Below are positions 1 to 11,662 of a stretch of DNA of 64,000 nucleotides, piece by piece; position 1 is the first letter of the stretch, and each line of letters begins with the position of its first letter. A model generated the notes under the pieces. That model was not told where the DNA came from and made no database searches. It saw only the letters and a program-made list of their open reading frames with translations. This DNA is from Octopus sinensis (lineage: Eukaryota): the NCBI RefSeq assembly GCF_006345805.1, contig NC_043000.1, positions 37,882,001 through 37,946,000 on the forward strand. Direction: 5' to 3'. Both the position numbers and the translations under genes were made by a program.

Positions 1-105
1 AAAAAAAAAAGAAATGGTATTTTTGCTCCTCAGCCAGCAGATCCGAGGGCCAGAAACATATCAGGCCGAGATATTGCCTTTAATTTAATTATTTTTTGAT
101 GATTT

Positions 106-517
106 AGGCGCAGGAGTAGCTGTGTGGTAAGTAGCTTGCTTACCAATCACATGGTTCCGAGTTCAGTCCCACTGCATGGCACCTTGGGCAAGTATCTTCT
201 ACTATAGCCTCGGGCCGACCAAAGCCTTGTGAGTGGCTTTGGTTGACGGAAGCTGAAAGAAACCCGCTGTATGCATACATATATATGTATATGTATATAT
301 ATATGTATGTGTGTGTTTGTGTGTCTGTGTTTGTCTCCCATTATCGCTTGACAGCCGATGATGGTGTGTTTACGTCCCCGTCACTTAGCGGTTCGGCAAA
401 AGAGACCGATAGAATAAGTACTAGGCTTATAAGGAATAAGTCCTGGGGGCGATTAGCTCGACTAAAGACGGTGCTTCAGCATGGCCGCAGTCAAATGACT
501 GAAAAAAAAAACAAGAA
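106..517 (+). mobile_element. SINE-A, full length (tRNA-like head, (TA)/(TG) microsatellite linker, 3' module)
   Basis: Head GGCGCAGGAGTAGCTGTGTGGTAAG...GAGTTCAGTCCC (A/B-box-like) plus CORE-like CCTTGGGCAAGT. Tail ...CAGCATGGCCGCAGTCAAATGACTGAAA. Same architecture recurs many times in the window. Confidence 0.9.
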
Positions 518-694
518 TTTAAAACTCGATCGTTTAATGCGTTTCTGTTAATTAAATGAGGAGAGTGTGATGTAAAGAAAATTTGGCTGACATTTTTCAC
601 CCATCGGTCGGCTGCTCGACCGCCTTGATGGAAATTGGTTCGTTAAAAACGTATCAAGTTACATATTTAGTTTGACAAACATAAGTAGTGCATG

Positions 695-835
<141 letters not shown>

Positions 836-913
836 AAGGGTAGAAATTGATATTAATCAATTAAAACCAGTGGCCTAGCATATTTTAAAAAATCCGAAGA
901 TTAAAAATTATTT

Positions 914-1161
914 TACATACAAAATTTAGAGGACTGGCCACTAAAAGTGGACACCTATATACTAGAAATAGACGTCAAAATCGCCAATTTCCACGAAGAA
1001 TGTGTTCTCAAGAAAAAAAATTCAGCAAAAAACCAAAGAGTTGCTTTTTTGCTGAATTTTTATCTTGAGAATGCATTCTTCGTGGAAAATGGTGATTTTG
1101 ACGTCTATTTCTAATATATAGGTTGTCCACTTTAAGTGGTCAGTCCTCTAAATTTTGTGTA
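914..1161. repeat. Foldback inverted repeat, ~115-bp arms with a 12-nt spacer (MITE/foldback-like)
   Basis: 914-1032 is the near reverse complement of 1045-1161; spacer CCAAAGAGTTGC. Confidence 0.9.
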
Positions 1162-1168
1162 TATATAT

Positions 1169-1206
<38 letters not shown>

Positions 1207-1340
1207 CGACGGGCTTCTTTCAGCTTCCGTTTACCAAATCCACTCACAAGGCTTTGGTCGGCCTGAGGTTATAGTAGAAGACTGAACCCGGAACCATGTG
1301 GTTGTTAAGCAAGCTACTTACTACATAGCCATGCCTGCGC
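1207..1340 (-). mobile_element. SINE-A head fragment
   Basis: Reverse complement of the SINE-A head, with an internal deletion. Confidence 0.85.
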
Positions 1341-1425
1341 TTTCATATATATATATACGCACACACACATTCTTATATATATATGCATATATAGGTATAT
1401 ATGGGTGTATGTATGTATGTATGTG

Positions 1426-1465
<40 letters not shown>

Positions 1466-2749
1466 CATACGCACACACGCATACACACACATACACATGT
1501 ACGTATGCATGTGTCACCTCTTCGTTTGTCCTTCGCTCTTTTTGAAAGGTTACTGTAGTGTTTTGATACGAAGAAGTGCCCCCCCCCATCCAAACTCGGG
1601 TCACACGCAAGATCCGCAATGGATCCAATGGAGATTACGGATGGGTGGTCAGTGAGGCTTGTTATATAACCTGCAATATTATTCTAAACATCTTGAATAT
1701 GGTAAACGATATGAAACAGAACACACGACCCGAAGACAGCGTATTAGAATTCGAAATAATTTCATAAATGTGAAAAATGCGAGGAATATATACCTCTGAC
1801 GCAAATTATAACTTGATTCGCAAGCTATTGATTTAATAGGAGGCCCCTGTATAACGAAAGTGTATTCGGCTGTTAAAAGCGTTTGAAGTGAGCTACATCA
1901 ATATGCAGAATATGTTGGTAAATGCATTTATAATTCACTGCGCATTAGAATATTCCGCTATATACATTCGTTTGTCACACACGAAGCTTCGGAAGGCAAG
2001 GCGAAAGGATTGCCCAGAATACGATGGTCACTTAAGAGAGAGGAAACTCGCTCAGTTAAATGACCAGAATAAAATAGTATAAGAGAGAAGAAACGATACA
2101 TCACGGTAACTGGCGGAAATCTTATCAAGAGAAATTAACCTTGCAAATTGATAATCATAAGAATTCCTACCGTGTTCAATACGATCGGCCGTCTTTATCT
2201 ACCGCCGCAGGTCGTATACCGAGTTCTCATCGCTTATAAGACTTTTCCATTCCTTTGAGAATTCACTTCCTGTGAAGTTAGTGCTGTCCAATTTCCTAAA
2301 TATTTGCTTGTCAATGAAATTAGATGTAACCACAAACGCTATGATGGCCACACGACGACTTAGTCATTAAAACAGCCGCCCTTTACATATCCACATACAC
2401 AGGCGAAACCAGTGAATGCTATCGATCTGTTATTACATGGATTTGGACATGTTGTGAGTGAAGGTAGATATGGTGACCACCTATAAGTAAGATTTTGTAT
2501 GAAATCCGGTTGTGAGGTGGACCGGTGGTGTATGGGAAAAAGACAAAACACAGGGGACGAGATCGCTTATTGCAAAAGGTCAGAAAGAATATAATACTAT
2601 TGTATAAAGTGTGTGTGTGCGTGTGTGTTCATGGCTCTGTGTGTGTGTGAGTGTCAGTGTGTGTATGTCTATAAACATATGCTTGTGTGGGTATAACAGA
2701 CATGTGCGTGTGTACGTGTGCATGTGGGCTTCTGTGTCTTTTTGCATGT

Positions 2750-2862
2750 GTCTGCCCACTACCAACGCCCGGAAACCGGTGTTGGTGTGTTTACGTCTCT
2801 ACAACTTAGTAGTTTAGCAAAAGAGACCGTTAGTGTAATGACTGAAACAAGTAAAGGATAAA
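2750..2862 (+). mobile_element. SINE-A 3' module, internally deleted
   Basis: GGTGTTGGTGTGTTTACGTC...GCAAAAGAGACCG joined to ATGACTGAAACAAGTAAAG. Confidence 0.8.
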
Positions 2863-2868
2863 ATATAA

Positions 2869-2869
<1 letters not shown>

Positions 2870-2927
<58 letters not shown>

Positions 2928-2970
2928 GTATATATGTATACATATGTGTATATAGACGTATATATGTATA

Positions 2971-3030
<60 letters not shown>

Positions 3031-3244
3031 ATACATACATACGTATATATACACATATCTATACATATATACATATATTTATATATATTATATATATATA
3101 TATATATATGCATATATAAATACAAATATACATACATTTATATATATATATATTCATATCTATATATATACATAAAAATATATATGCATATATATTTGTA
3201 TATATATAAATATATATACATATATATAAATATATATACATACA

Positions 3245-3286
<42 letters not shown>

Positions 3287-3560
3287 CATTTATATATACA
3301 TATATATATACATATAACTACATCTATATATGTATATGCATATATGCACATGTATATGTATATATGTATACACACACACACACACACATATATATATTTC
3401 TGTGACTAATGTGTTTGTGTTGTGTATGTCACACAAACGCACACATACACATACACCACACACACACATATATATATATATACATATATGTATATTATTT
3501 AGATTGATATATATACATGTGTGTGCGTGTGAGTGTGTGTGTGTGTTGCGTGTGTGTTGT
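2870..3560. repeat. Long (TA)n/(TACA)n/(CA)n/(TG)n low-complexity tract
   Basis: Direct reading; source of the Y/I-rich pseudo-ORFs. Confidence 0.95.
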
Positions 3561-3630
3561 GTAGGTATGCATCTAGACACACACAGAGTTAGAATAAAGA
3601 TATAGAGAAGCATAACAAGGTTAAAGAAAT

Positions 3631-3677
<47 letters not shown>

Positions 3678-4027
3678 GGTTGGGGAAGAAAGAAAATGAG
3701 AAAGAGAAAAAGGAAATAGGGAGAGAATAATTGCATAACAATATATTTGCATCGAGGCATTCATTTCTCGGCGATAGATGTCCAATAAATGGCTGTACGT
3801 AGGGAAGCATGAAGGTATGTACTTAGCTGTACCGTGTTGCATGTTAGACACCAACAGATCTATCTAATTGAAATGACCGCTCAATGGAGAACATCCACAG
3901 TAAAGGCACTGCGCCTTTGTGAAGGCATTAAATGCATTTAGAGACTTCGATGTATTCATGCGTTCTATTGGTGCAATAATAGAGCCACTGATGCACAAGA
4001 ATCTACATACTCATACGGGTACATAAA

Positions 4028-4058
<31 letters not shown>

Positions 4059-4182
4059 TCATATGCAGATGATACTCACACATGCGCATATGTATCTGCA
4101 TTTGCGTCTATGTAGTTATGCATGCGTGATGTTTATGTGTATGCATGTATGTAGTCTTCTGTGTGAGCATATGACTATGTGC

Positions 4183-4300
4183 GTCTAGTCCAGCGGTTAG
4201 GTTACTGGGCTGAGGAACATAATGTCATGGGTTCGATATGTGAACCGTGCGACGCATTATATCCGTCTAATCAGCCTAAAATACTTAGCACTTAACTGCA
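4183..4300 (+). mobile_element. Degenerate tRNA-derived SINE head
   Basis: TAGTCCAGCGGTTAGG (A-box-like) followed by GGTTCGAT (B-box-like). Confidence 0.4.
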
Positions 4301-5029
4301 GATGCTGCTCTTTATCTTTTACCAGCTGTCTCCCCCCCCCCCAATGTTCAGCTGGGTTGAGTAGTTGAAGGGCTGCCAGAGAGTCAACATCAACTCACGA
4401 CTCGACGGGCACCTGAAATAGTTAACGAAAGCATGGTACATACATTCAAGCCATACACATTTACGACTGAGGGCCATCGTTTTTTGTTTGCTTATACGCA
4501 TACGCACGTATATACGTTTATCAACAACAATGAGTCGGACAGAATAAATTTTCTTTACATCAGCAATGACATAAAGGGTGAAGCAAAAAAATGTTTGTTG
4601 GGATCATTGTTACTCAGCTGGACTTAACCAGATGTTCTCTTCACAGAATGTTTCTGCATCGCGGTTTTCGTAATTTTGGTCAGTGTATCCACAACCTCTC
4701 AGTGTGGATATACGGACAATATTTGTGCGACTACTGCATTCAATAGTATATGATATATTTATATTAAACTCGACTCCGTCGGTCACGAATGAACACGAGT
4801 GCGCCTAAGAAGTACAAGTCTGGGCGGAAAGTCACCTCACCTCACCTAGGTGAGTCGTCTCACCTAGGGTTGTTTTTATGGAAGACCAGCAGTCGCCCAT
4901 AAAAACCTTCCCCACAGCTTCACGAGGGAGGGAAGAAGGGGAGGAGCTACACAGGTGCAGGTGCGAGCATGAACGCCAACGCCGCCACTAACACACGAAA
5001 AAATTGGAAGAACCCAGACGACAGCTTTA

Positions 5030-5228
5030 GCCACCACCACCACCACCACCACCACTACCACCATGACCACCACCACCACTACGCCCATGACCATGACCAC
5101 CACCATCACGAAGACCACCATCATCACCACCACCACCACCACCACCACCACCATCATCACCACCACCACCACCACGACCACCCCCACCACCAACAACAAC
5201 ACCACCCCCACCACCATCATCACCACCC

Positions 5229-5292
<64 letters not shown>

Positions 5293-5457
5293 CACGACGA
5301 CCACCACCACCACGACCACCATCATCACCACCACCACTACCACCATCATCATCACCACCCCCACCACCACGACGACCACCACCAACAACAACAACACCAC
5401 CACCACCACCACCACAAACACGACGACCACAACGACCACGACCACCATCACCACTAC
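5030..5457. repeat. (CAC)/(GAC)/(CAT) trinucleotide tract
   Basis: Direct reading; produces poly-H/T/V pseudo-ORFs. Confidence 0.95.
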
Positions 5458-5931
5458 TAGCAGGGAAACCTTCCCTGTGTGGCGTGTTTCCCGATTTTCT
5501 AGAATTTGCTTTCGGGCTTTCTTAGCCATTTCTGTTTTGGTGTCTTCAAGCCATGAAGTCGTTGTTCTAAAAGAACGCTGGTCTCCTTGACAACGCTTTA
5601 CGACGTTGATTTCCTTACACTCCCTTCCCCACAGCTTCACGAGGGAGGGAAGAAGGGGAGAAGCAACACAGGTGCAGGTGTGAGCATGGACGCCAACTCC
5701 GCAGCCATCGACACACGAAAAAATTGGAAGAAATGGAAAAAAATGATGTTAAATTATTTTAAAAATCGTAGACTCATCGTAGACGCGCGCTAATACCCAG
5801 ACGGGCTCGATATGAATCACGACTATAAGATACCCGAATTTGGTTAAACTGCACCGCAAAATTTGGGAGTAGTTAGGAATCTAAATCGTAGGAGACAGAC
5901 ACTCACACAACTTCCCTTTTATATATATAGA
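5457..5931 (-). mobile_element. Non-autonomous Helitron (same family as 35640-35886)
   Basis: 5720-5931 matches 35745-35886 (AATCGTAGACTCATCGTAGACGCGCGCTAA...GGAGACAGACAC). Minus-strand 5' end is A|TC TATATATATAAAAG. A candidate 3' end is a hairpin plus CTAG|T at 5457-5480. Confidence 0.6.
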
Positions 5932-6454
5932 TTTCAATTTTTGTGAAAAATAATAAAAATAATAGAGCCTTATTGATGATATAATGAAAATGGCAGTGGA
6001 ATTTGACCTACAAACGGTACACAATAAAACTTATTGCCTGTTTAAGTAACACCTCACCAGAGGCCCGCATCATCCGCCATCCTACGCAATGCTAAAAATA
6101 CAGCGAGCTTCTTTCAAAGCGTATGAAAACCCTTTGTTCGTTCTGCTGACAACAAACATATGAACGTAGTAAGTGGTGCTGAACGTCGGTTGTCGTCTGC
6201 CATGCATCAGCGAAGTGAATCGGGATAATTATGTACGTTCATGAAGAAAGACGTGGACTTGTGTCGGCAAGTCGAAAGAAGGTCGATTTATTTTTAGCAT
6301 TTGGTCGGACGGCAGATGATGTGGAGCTTCGTTGGGATGTTACTTAAACAGAAAATAAATTTCATTGTGTACCGTTTGTGGATGAAAGTCCACTGCCATC
6401 TTCATCAAATCATCAAAAACTTTCTTCGTTTGGGAAGCATATCCTCTTCTAGTT

Positions 6455-6640
6455 CAGGTACAAAGCCCGAAATTTTGGGGGACGAGGCCAGTCGATTACA
6501 TCGACTCCAGTACGCAACTGGTACTTAATTTATCGACCCCGAAAGGATGAAGAGCAAAGTCGACCTCGACGGAATTTGAACTCAGAACGTAAAGACAAAC
6601 GAAATACCGCTATGCATTACGTCCGGCGTGCTAATGTTTC
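6455..6640 (-). mobile_element. SINE-B copy
   Basis: Reverse complement of ...ACGTTCTGAGTTCAAATTCC..GAGGTCGACTTTG..TTCATCCTTTCGGGGTCGATAAATTAAGTACCAG. Confidence 0.9.
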
Positions 6641-6874
6641 TTATTTCTTTATTGCCCACAAGGGACTAAACATAGAGGAGACAAACAAGGACAGAGAAAG
6701 GGATTAAGTCGATTATATCGAACTCAGTGCATAACTGGTACTTATTTAATCGACCCCGAAAGGATGAAAGGCAAAGTTGACCTCGGCGGAATTTGAACCC
6801 AGAACGTAAAGACAGAAGAGATACTGCTAAACATTTCGCCCGGCGGGTTAACAGTTCTGCCAGCTCGCCGCCTT
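6641..6874 (-). mobile_element. SINE-B variant with a different 3' tail, abutting the previous copy
   Basis: Head AAGGCGGCGAGCTGGCAGAA (reverse complement at ~6855-6874); tail ends GGGCAATAAAGAAATAAGA. Confidence 0.9.
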
Positions 6875-8094
6875 GTTTGAGGAGTATATTCAAACGCCAA
6901 CACTTTATTTACTCTATGTTACACATCATTATCAAGGAATATAAAACGCTTATCTTTCTCCTCCTCCTCCTTTCCCCATTCATCATTATTGTCGTGGAAC
7001 TTCAACGAGATTCTTCAACCTGCTGCAAGTAATAGCCAAATCTTGCTCAATCTTGCCCCCACCACACGCACTTTCTGTTCTAGAAATGGCTCTAAATATA
7101 CGGACTGGCCGACTCATCTTCGTGGTTGACATCACTTTATTTATCTTTGTCATCGTTTATTTTCTTGTTACTTTGTAAAGCATGTTTAGTTGTTACACGA
7201 TCCTTCACTGTCTGCTATTTCATACCACGTGACCCATCGCAGTGAACAAAGAAGAAGAAAAAGGGCGAAAAAGAAGGAAATCACCACAGGTCACGTTTAG
7301 CTTCGTTTAGCAATAGTCTACTGTCTTCAATTGGGAAAAAAAAGCAAACGTCATGCTGTGAAATGAGTAATTTTATTTCGCTGCATTAGCTAGTCGTACA
7401 TATTGACACCAGTAAAGAAGAGAAAAAGAAAATACCGCGCCATTAAGGCTAAGAGCGCAAAGAGAAGGAAATAAAGCCAATAAGCGTTGATGCTTTCTTT
7501 AGAAGCGACTTGACAAACACACACAAAAATGACAACAGAAGCTGGCCACCATTGTCACCACTATCATCATCACCACAACAACAATACTAACAATACTAGC
7601 GCCAGAACATCAGCGCTACCACAACATTACCACTATCACTCACCACAAAAAACCCACCTTTAATAAAACAGCCACAGGCCTGTGTGACAGGCCACGCAAC
7701 CTTACATTGTCAACAGCAGTGACGAGTTATGTTAAAGACTAGCAATCACATTACAACTACATCAGCCATCTTTCCTGCTCCACCGCTCCACTCTGCGTAA
7801 ACCTGTTTATCCTCCCGACTCCTCCGGCGAGGAATTAAAGATGGAAGCAGTGTCGTGTTTGCAAGGAAGTCGATGGCAAAAGAGAATTGCGACGGGGGCA
7901 CATGGGCGAGGAACAGGACCTGGCAGGATGGGGCATTCTTACAAAAATGATGAATTGCTCACCAAAAGATGCTGTGTCGGCTGTCGATGATTGATGGCCA
8001 ATTAGTCTTAAGTTGTTCTTTAATTACAAGATGGAAACCATATCGCTACCTGTATACACAATAGCAAATACCAAGACTGGTGACAATCACGATT

Positions 8095-8716
8095 GAATAG
8101 AGGTGGGGAAGGTGACGACATTGCTGAATATGTTGTTGTTGGTGGTGGTGTTGGTGGTGGTGGTAGCGCTGGTGGTGGTGCTGTTGGTGGTGGTGCTGTT
8201 GGTGGTGGTGCTGGGGATGATGATGGCGGTGGTGATGGTGACGGCAATGTGGTGGAGATGGAGCTGTTGGTGATGGTGATGGTAGCGATGGTGGTAGTGG
8301 TGATATGATGTGATGGTTGTGACGGTGGCGGTGGTGGCGATGGTGGTGATGGTGATGGTGGTGGTGATGGTAGTGATGTGGGGGCGGGATGAGGGTGATG
8401 AACATGGGGATGATGGTGATGTTAGTGTTGTTGATGCTGGTGATGTTGATTGCAGTGAATTTGGCGATGGTGGCGTTGACGATAACAAATGTCATTGTGC
8501 TACAAGGGATGCTGGCACATGTGACAGTAGAGATGTGGGTGATGATGCAGACAATGATGATGGAGATGGTGGTGATTATTATTATTGTTGTTGTTGTTGT
8601 AGTTCGTCTTCTTCTTCTTCTTCTTCTTCTTCTTCTTCTTCTTCTTCTTTCTTCTTCTTCTTCTTCTCTTCTTCTTCTTCTTCTTCTTCTTCTTCTTCTT
8701 CTTCTTCTTCTTCTTC

Positions 8717-8771
<55 letters not shown>

Positions 8772-8794
8772 TATTATTATTATTATTATTATTA

Positions 8795-8833
<39 letters not shown>

Positions 8834-8835
8834 GA

Positions 8836-8890
<55 letters not shown>

Positions 8891-8915
8891 ATTATTATTA
8901 TTATTATTATTATTA

Positions 8916-8980
<65 letters not shown>
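8095..8980. repeat. Succession of (GGT)/(GAT), (TCT) and (ATT) trinucleotide blocks
   Basis: Direct reading. Confidence 0.95.
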
Positions 8981-8981
<1 letters not shown>

Positions 8982-9195
8982 AGGCCGTGAACTGGCAGAA
9001 TCGTTAGTACGCCGAGCAAAACACTGTGCAGCATTTCGTCTGTCACTACGTTCTGAGATCAAACTCTGCCGAGGTCGACTTTACCTTTCATTCTTCCAGG
9101 GTCGAATAAGATAAGTACCAATCAAGTACTGGGGTCGATGTAATCAACGTAACCCGTCCTCGAAATTGCTGGCCAAATGCCAAAATTTTGAAACC
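8982..9195 (+). mobile_element. SINE-B copy
   Basis: AGGCCGTGAACTGGCAGAATCGTTAG...GAGGTCGACTTTACCTTTCATTC...AAATTTTGAAACC. Confidence 0.85.
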
Positions 9196-9199
9196 TTTA

Positions 9200-9329
9200 T
9201 TGTAATAGTGATGACGCTGGTGGTGGAGGTGGTGATGATGATGGTGATGGTGATGATGATGATGATAATGATGATGATGATGATGATGGTGGTGGTGATG
9301 GTGGTGATGATGATGTTGGTGGTGATGTC

Positions 9330-9363
<34 letters not shown>

Positions 9364-9539
9364 TTGGTGGCGATGATGATGATGATGATGATAGCGATGA
9401 TGATGATGATGGAGGTGGTGATGATGGTGATGATGCTGATGGCGATGATGGTGATGGCGATGATGATGATGATGATAATGATGATGATGATGGTGGAGGT
9501 GGTGCTGCTGATGGTGATGATGACGTTGGTGGTGATGAC

Positions 9540-9572
<33 letters not shown>

Positions 9573-9700
9573 GCGATGATCATGGTGATGGCGATGATAA
9601 TGATGATGACGAGAATGATAGTGATGGCGATGATGATGCCGATGATGATGATGTACATGGAGAAGATGGTGAGTGAGATGGTGGTACTTGCACCGATGGT
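9200..9700. repeat. (GAT)/(GGT) trinucleotide tract
   Basis: Direct reading. Confidence 0.95.
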
Positions 9701-10701
9701 TGTTGTGGTGGTTTTAGTACCTGTTCATCCCTAACTCAGTAGATCTATGATCAGGCACATTCCAGCCGTGACCATGTCGCCGGTTTACTTTCTGGAAGGA
9801 CCTCCAGAAAACATCTAACGTATTGCTCTCACTTCTGTTTTTCTTTTGGAGACGCTGGTGTGTGACTTGAGGGCGATTTCACTGCAGTATCCATCAGGGT
9901 GGGCATCCAGGGGGAGCGTCCCTATTTACTGTCGTTTACTGTCACATCATTTACTGTCGTTGTTTTTATTTTTTCAGTTGCTTTTGTTATTCTTATTGTC
10001 AACTCAGCTCAATGAGACATATAACGCAAAGCGTTCCACCTATGATCGTCCCTTCAGACTCTTAGGCACAGAACAATTCAAACCACATCATCTAATGTGT
10101 TCTTAATTTCCAACACAGATGCATTTTGAAAGAAATTTAGCTGCTTTTTCTAGCAGTCTGACTGTCCACCTAGAGGCTATTTCCATTACAAATTTAACAA
10201 TTGTGATGATGTATGGTTGTAGCAGCGCTGGTAGGGATGGTATACTAGAAACGATGATGGTATTAGCAGGGTGGGGTGGGATGGAGAGTTAAAACGAAAG
10301 CTGAAGAAAGAGATCTTATTTTTAAGGAATACAGTAATCCTTCGCCATATCGCGTTTCACTTATCGCGGTTCTCCTATCACGGTTTATTATTTAAGTTTA
10401 CATCGATTCCACCGTGGTGTTGTTTTGCATTTATTATAAAATAAATATATACAAATTATAGAGATATTCTTTTATTGTTTTATTTGTTTCAGTCATTTGA
10501 CTGCGGCCATGCTGGAGCACCGCCTATAGTCGAGCAAGTCGACCCCAGGACTTATTCTTTGTAAGCCTAATACTTATTCTATCGGGCGTTTTTGCCGAAC
10601 TGATAAGTAACGGAGACGTAAACACACCAGCATCGGTTGTCAAGCGATGTTAGGGAGACAAACACAGACACACAAACATATATATATGGGGGGGGGGGAG
10701 A

Positions 10702-10871
10702 GTTCACGAAAAAAAAACAAAAGATGAAGACAGGTGGTGTACAAAACAAATAGATGTATTAGTATAACGCTCAGAAATTGAAAAAATTCTTTTACGTTTC
10801 GAGCCTACGCTCTTCAACAGAAAGGGACACAGAAAAAAAACAAGGAGAGAAAAAAATGTGTGTAGTGGCTA

Positions 10872-10873
<2 letters not shown>
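10702..10873 (-). mobile_element. PLE-type terminal repeat, family 2, with HHR motif
   Basis: Reverse complement of 35438-35615. Carries CUUU CUGUUGA A GAGC GUAG GCUC GAAA CG UA AAAG at 10789-10824. Confidence 0.7.
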
Positions 10874-10915
<42 letters not shown>

Positions 10916-10999
10916 AAGGGTGGAAAGGAACACACGAGTTGATATATATGAAAAAACAAGTCAAAAATAGAAAATGCTAAGATAATTTTATAGTGAATC

Positions 11000-11043
11000 T
11001 TTCAGTACCGGTTTCGGTCATTTTGAGACCTTTTCAACTGTAA
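11000..11043 (-). ncRNA. Minimal hammerhead ribozyme, U3-A8 core variant
   Basis: CAG UUGAAAA GGUC UCAAAAU GACC GAAA CCGG UA^CUG: stem I CAG/CUG, stem II GGUC/GACC, palindromic ACCGGU stem III, GUA triplet. Confidence 0.75.
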
Positions 11044-11374
11044 CGATTAAATAATTAAATTTAGAAAAATTAGAAGAAAAGTTTTTTAAAAGAATATTTC
11101 TGTAGTAGTGTTCAGATATAAGTAGCATTCTGCCTTTCTCTGACTCCTTGTTTGCACTTGTGTGTTCGAGGTCGTTTTGAGTTTGGTAGGATATGTGAAG
11201 AATAAGGAGGCTGATGTGGAGAGGGGGTGGGGAAATCTGGGAATGCCTAAATGGTCGTATTTTGATGGTCAGTGGCTGACAGTAGTCGCAGTTCAATTCA
11301 GGAATTGTTTATGGAATTTGCGTAGGCGTTATACTGAAAGACATTAGTGACAAGGTTAAGGGGTGGAAGGTGGA

Positions 11375-11525
11375 GAAGTAGAAGAAGAAGAAGATTCCGA
11401 TGTTGATGATGATGATGATGAAGAAGAAGAAGAAGGAGAAGGAGAAGATGGTAGTGATGATGGTGGTGATGATGATGATGACGACGATGATGATGATAAT
11501 GATGATGATGAAGAAGAAGAGGAAG
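11375..11525. repeat. (GAT)/(GAA) trinucleotide tract
   Basis: Direct reading; produces an acidic pseudo-ORF. Confidence 0.9.
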
Positions 11526-11526
11526 A

Positions 11527-11608
11527 TGTGTTTGTCCCCCCAACATCGCTTGACAACCGATGCTGGTGTGTTTACGTCCCCGTTGCTTATCAGTTCGGCA
11601 AAAGAGTG

Positions 11609-11610
<2 letters not shown>
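11527..11610 (+). mobile_element. SINE-A 3' module fragment in opposite orientation
   Basis: GTGTTTGTCCCCCCAACATCGCTTGACAACCGATGCTGGTGTGTTTACGTCCCCG. Confidence 0.85.

Positions 11611-11662
<52 letters not shown>

Noticed and set aside
2403-2453. Possible 51-nt micro-exon (ACAG|...|GTGAGT; AKPVNAIDLLLHGFGHV)
   Set aside because: Splice-like signals of this strength occur by chance; no recognisable protein or partner exons.
4876-5640. 254-aa and overlapping poly-V/H/T ORFs
   Set aside because: Translations of a (CAC)/(GAC) tract; open in several frames on both strands.
8020-9658. Long low-complexity ORFs (up to 226 aa)
   Set aside because: Trinucleotide microsatellites lacking stops; no domain content.
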